The notes beneath the pieces were generated by a model. The model was not told where the DNA came from. It saw only the letters and a program-made list of their open reading frames with translations, and did not search any database. Of a DNA stretch of 64,000 nucleotides, positions 60,871 through 64,000 are shown piece after piece. Source of the stretch: Azolla caroliniana (lineage: Eukaryota > Plantae > Polypodiophyta); the NCBI GenBank assembly GCA_043228905.1, contig JBHGNT010000016.1, positions 868,001 to 932,000 on the forward strand, in the 5' to 3' direction. Position 1 is the stretch's first letter, and every line of letters starts with the position of its first letter. A program made the position numbers and the translations under genes.

Positions 60871-62837
60871 GACAACAGACCGTTTAAGTTTGCTCCATCA
60901 TCCTGAAAGGAGCCGGGTAAGCTTTGTTTGCCATGTCCTTCTACATGCTGAACCTCTAGTGTCATGGATGCTTAAGAATGTGACTTCTTTTGGCCATCGC
61001 ATTCTCGAGTTTCAAAACAATTAGACTTTACTCTTGAGTGTAGAAGAGTGAAGGTGTTGTGAGAGCTCATTGCATGAAATGGTTTTAAACATTTCGTTAA
61101 TTCATTCAAAACAAGCTCCATTGCACTCTCTTGCAGTGTAAAAGAGTGGAAGTATCTGTGGAAATTCCTTGAACATAAAATTTCGGCTTTAAGAAATTTA
61201 TATTGTTTCTTGGTGTTTTGTAATAATGGATGGAACTCAGTACTTAAGTTGAAATCCTTACTCCTGGTGGCTTGATTTTAACAATATCTTGCTCTAGCCT
61301 TCTTTAAACGTAAAATAAGTTTTAACATTTGTGTTCTCGATGGCTGTCAATGTGTTTATTACCTGCCTCAAAATCCTTATACTATACATAGTGTGCCTTT
61401 GTATCTGTAATTACCTAACACGACTAACAAGTAATCTTCTGTCAATAACTAACCAAACTCCACAAAAACTCCATGATAGAGATGTTCAATTTCCGGGCAG
61501 CTTTTGTGGAAATTAAAATATAATAAACGAAAATAAATAAATAATATTAGTGTTAGTTATTAGTTTCTTAGGAAGATGGTCCGCCTCGGTGGTGGTCTTA
61601 TAAAGCCACCACCAACATTGTAATCATTAGGGTGTTATTACATAAATAAAACTAAATCAGTTTCCCTCATTCTTTCTCTCTTTTCTCCTTTTCTTTCTAT
61701 CTTTTTCTCTCTTTTCTTTTCCTACAGATTTATCCATCTATAATGAGAATGACATTGATAAGAGTTTAAACAGAAACGTCTCCAGTACATATTTCCTTCA
61801 GTTATGGTGTTTCAACTTTCAACCCTTGGTTTCCTCCAAGTGTACTAAGTTTCAGTTATCTTCCAAATGCAATGCTGTAGGGATAGAGCAAAATGTATTG
61901 CGTTGATCATAAAGTTTTTGCTCTCAAGCACGTAGATGGAAGGAAATAAATGGCAATAATGATCATAGGACTTTGAATCTTTGACATCATTGGGTTCAAA
62001 ATCCAAAATTCCGTTTTGTGAAACATCAATGTAGCTTGATATGTGGATTAAAAGACCGAAATGTATGGTATAATAAGAGTGATGATACAGAACGCCTGCA
62101 ATAATGGCAATCATGCTACGTGAATTGAGTCAGGTAGGCAAATAAATGTTACGGTGGCTACTGAATTGGATTGTAAGGAGGCCACAATTGGTACATAATA
62201 GATGAAGATGGGTCCTTAATATTGCACTATTACGTATACATGTAAATTTTTTATATCTTTGTAAACTGGCACAACTTACAGAAAATAATGAGCGTCTTTG
62301 AAAAACTATCTAAAGCCTTGGCAGGTTTGTGTGGTTGGTTTATAACCGTGATTAATAGAACATATTATTTCAATGTGCAGTTCAATTTATTGTACTTTAA
62401 CTTAGGGAGAAATTGGAATGGCTTGTTACAAAATCTGTTCCCAGATTATTTATGTACATTAGTGAGCAAACAATTACATCAAATATTGAAAAATGTATAT
62501 ATATACATACACACAGAAGTGTGAAGACTGCAAATAGCAAGCCAAGGTTAATAGTAGAAAATATGAACGTGTGAACTTAGTCATTGTCTTACAATGGAGA
62601 AAATCTTATTATTTGCTTGTTTCTGTGTATTGGGAGAAAGGAGGAGGGTTGGTAAAAATAGCAAATGAATGTGCTGCTTGGAAGATTAAATATTTAGGTG
62701 CCAATAAAACTCCAAGAAGAATCCAACGATGTAGAAGGACCTGTATTTACGAAAAAGAGAAGCTGTAGCTGTAGGCCCCTTTCTCCACATGCTATGAGGT
62801 TCTAGGATGTGGGATGGATGCAGAGAGGTCTAGGTGC

Positions 62838-63998
62838 TTAGCTGGAAGTGGCAGCTGGAGGTGATGGCGATGGTGATGGTGATGGTGATAGTGATGGTGC
62901 AGTGGGTGGTTCTGTGATAGTAGTGATGGTGACTGGAGATGCCCTAACAGTTGTAGGTGGTGGTGTTACAGTGGTGATAGGTGTCGTGACGGTTGTAGGT
63001 GGTGGTGTTACGGTGGTGGTGATAGTTATCGGTGGCGTCGTGGCAGTTGTAGGTGGTGGTGTTACGGTGGTGATAGTTGTCGGTGGCGTCGTGGCAGTTG
63101 TAGGTGGTGGTGTTACAGTGGTGATAGGTGTCGTGACGGTTGTAGGTGGTGGTGTTACGGTGGTGATAGGTGTCGTGACGGTTGTAGGTGGTGGTGTTAC
63201 GGTGGTGATAGGTGTCGTGACGGTTGTAGGTGGTGGTGTTACGGTGGTGATAGGTGTCGTGACGGTTGTAGGTGGTGGTGTTACGGTGGTGATAGGTGTC
63301 GTGACGGTTGTAGGTGGTGGTGTTACGGTGGTGATAGGTGTCGCTACGGTTGTAGGTGGTGGTGTTACGGTGGTGATAGTTATCGGTGGCGTCGTGGCAG
63401 TTGTCGGTGGCGGTGCTACGGTGTTGATAGGTGTCGTGACGGTTGTAGGTGGTGGTGTTACGGTGGTGGTATGTGCTGATGCTGATGTGGTGGCCGGTGG
63501 TGGTGTTGCTGTTGTGGTGGTTGCCGGTGGCGGCGATGTCGACGTGCTGGTGGTCTCCGGTGGTGTCGTCGTGGTCGCCGGTGTCGCCGGTGTCGGTGTG
63601 GGCGTGGTGGTAGTGACAGTGATGCTTGGAGGTGTTGGTGGCTGGCTTTCAAGAGTGGCCACTTTTACAACTTCGGTGGTGGTGGTGGTGATAGTTGTTG
63701 ACGCTACTTTTACTGCGACAGCGTTAGGGTTAGCGTTGGGCTCGTCTTTGTGTGCAGGAGGAGGAGGAGGTAGATCCACAGTGGGAGTGGGAGTAGGAGT
63801 AGGAGTAGGAGTGGAGGTAGTGATGGAGGAGGACGGGGTTGTATGAACCTCACCATGACTAGTACTACTTTTACTACTACTAGTACTAGGTTCAGCCTCA
63901 ACCGTCCCTACTGCTGCTACTACTGCTACGTCTTCTTCTGGTGGTGGCGTTGGTAGCTCCAGATCTCTGGTTGCGACAGCTGTGGTGGCCGCCTCTTT
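62838..63998 (-). CDS. C-terminal part of a Thr/Pro-rich repetitive (mucin/HRGP-like) protein; the 5' end lies outside the window
   Basis: The frame is open from the window edge (KEAATTAVATRDLELPTPPPEED...) through TVTPPPTTVTTPIT repeats to SPSPSPSPPAATSS* (TAA at 62840-62838). Repeat unit and indel lengths are multiples of 3. Confidence 0.7.
   Translation of the reverse strand, partial: KEAATTAVATRDLELPTPPPEEDVAVVAAVGTVEAEPSTSSSKSSTSHGEVHTTPSSSITTSTPTPTPTPTPTVDLPPPPPAHKDEPNANPNAVAVKVASTTITTTTTEVVKVATLESQPPTPPSITVTTTTPTPTPATPATTTTPPETTSTSTSPPPATTTTATPPPATTSASAHTTTVTPPPTTVTTPINTVAPPPTTATTPPITITTVTPPPTTVATPITTVTPPPTTVTTPITTVTPPPTTVTTPITTVTPPPTTVTTPITTVTPPPTTVTTPITTVTPPPTTVTTPITTVTPPPTTATTPPTTITTVTPPPTTATTPPITITTTVTPPPTTVTTPITTVTPPPTTVRASPVTITTITEPPTAPSLSPSPSPSPSPPAATSS
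62948..63470. repeat. Coding minisatellite, 42-nt unit (some 48-51 nt), about 12 copies
   Basis: GGTGGTGGTGTTACGGTGGTGATAGGTGTCGTGACGGTTGTA is repeated. Confidence 0.95.
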
Positions 63999-64000
63999 GT

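Noticed and set aside
62848-63846. 332-aa Val/Gly-rich ORF on the + strand
   Set aside because: It is the antisense shadow of the Thr/Pro repeat ORF, has a GTG start, and is open because the repeat lacks stops.
13446-63998. Functional cell-shape gene cluster (ARO, TRM, wall-type protein)
   Set aside because: The genes are unrelated, 10-30 kb apart and separated by TEs. Nothing in the sequence supports co-regulation.

Overview
Eukaryotic, AT-rich nuclear DNA from a land plant. A fern or other non-seed plant is my inference from the TE and PPR motifs; it is not proven. Five host genes are supported. (1) An intronless ARMADILLO REPEAT ONLY (ARO) gene, 13446-15395 (+). (2) A small two-exon hydrophobic protein gene, 22113-21073 (-). 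(3) A group-II-like BBR/BPC GAGA-binding factor, 35957-36907 (+). (4) A five-coding-exon LONGIFOLIA/TRM gene, 48222/48276-53168 (+). (5) The 3' end of a Thr/Pro-rich repeat protein that runs off the right edge (-). Intergenic space holds decayed TEs: a Ty3/gypsy 5' end with a nested solo LTR, a Penelope-like RT+GIY-YIG remnant, two LINE remnants, a Ty1/copia 3' end with an unusual Pol extension, and tRNA-derived SINE-like repeats. It also holds a PLS-PPR pseudogene and many short local tandem duplications. The most unusual segment is about 20.1-25.1 kb. On the minus strand, a tRNA-like module points into the ATG of the small gene, exon 2 carries a 136/137-bp triplication, and a 95-bp inverted repeat downstream is fully paired only in the minus-strand RNA. 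I flag this as a possible hairpin-RNA source. No new system is demonstrated from sequence alone.
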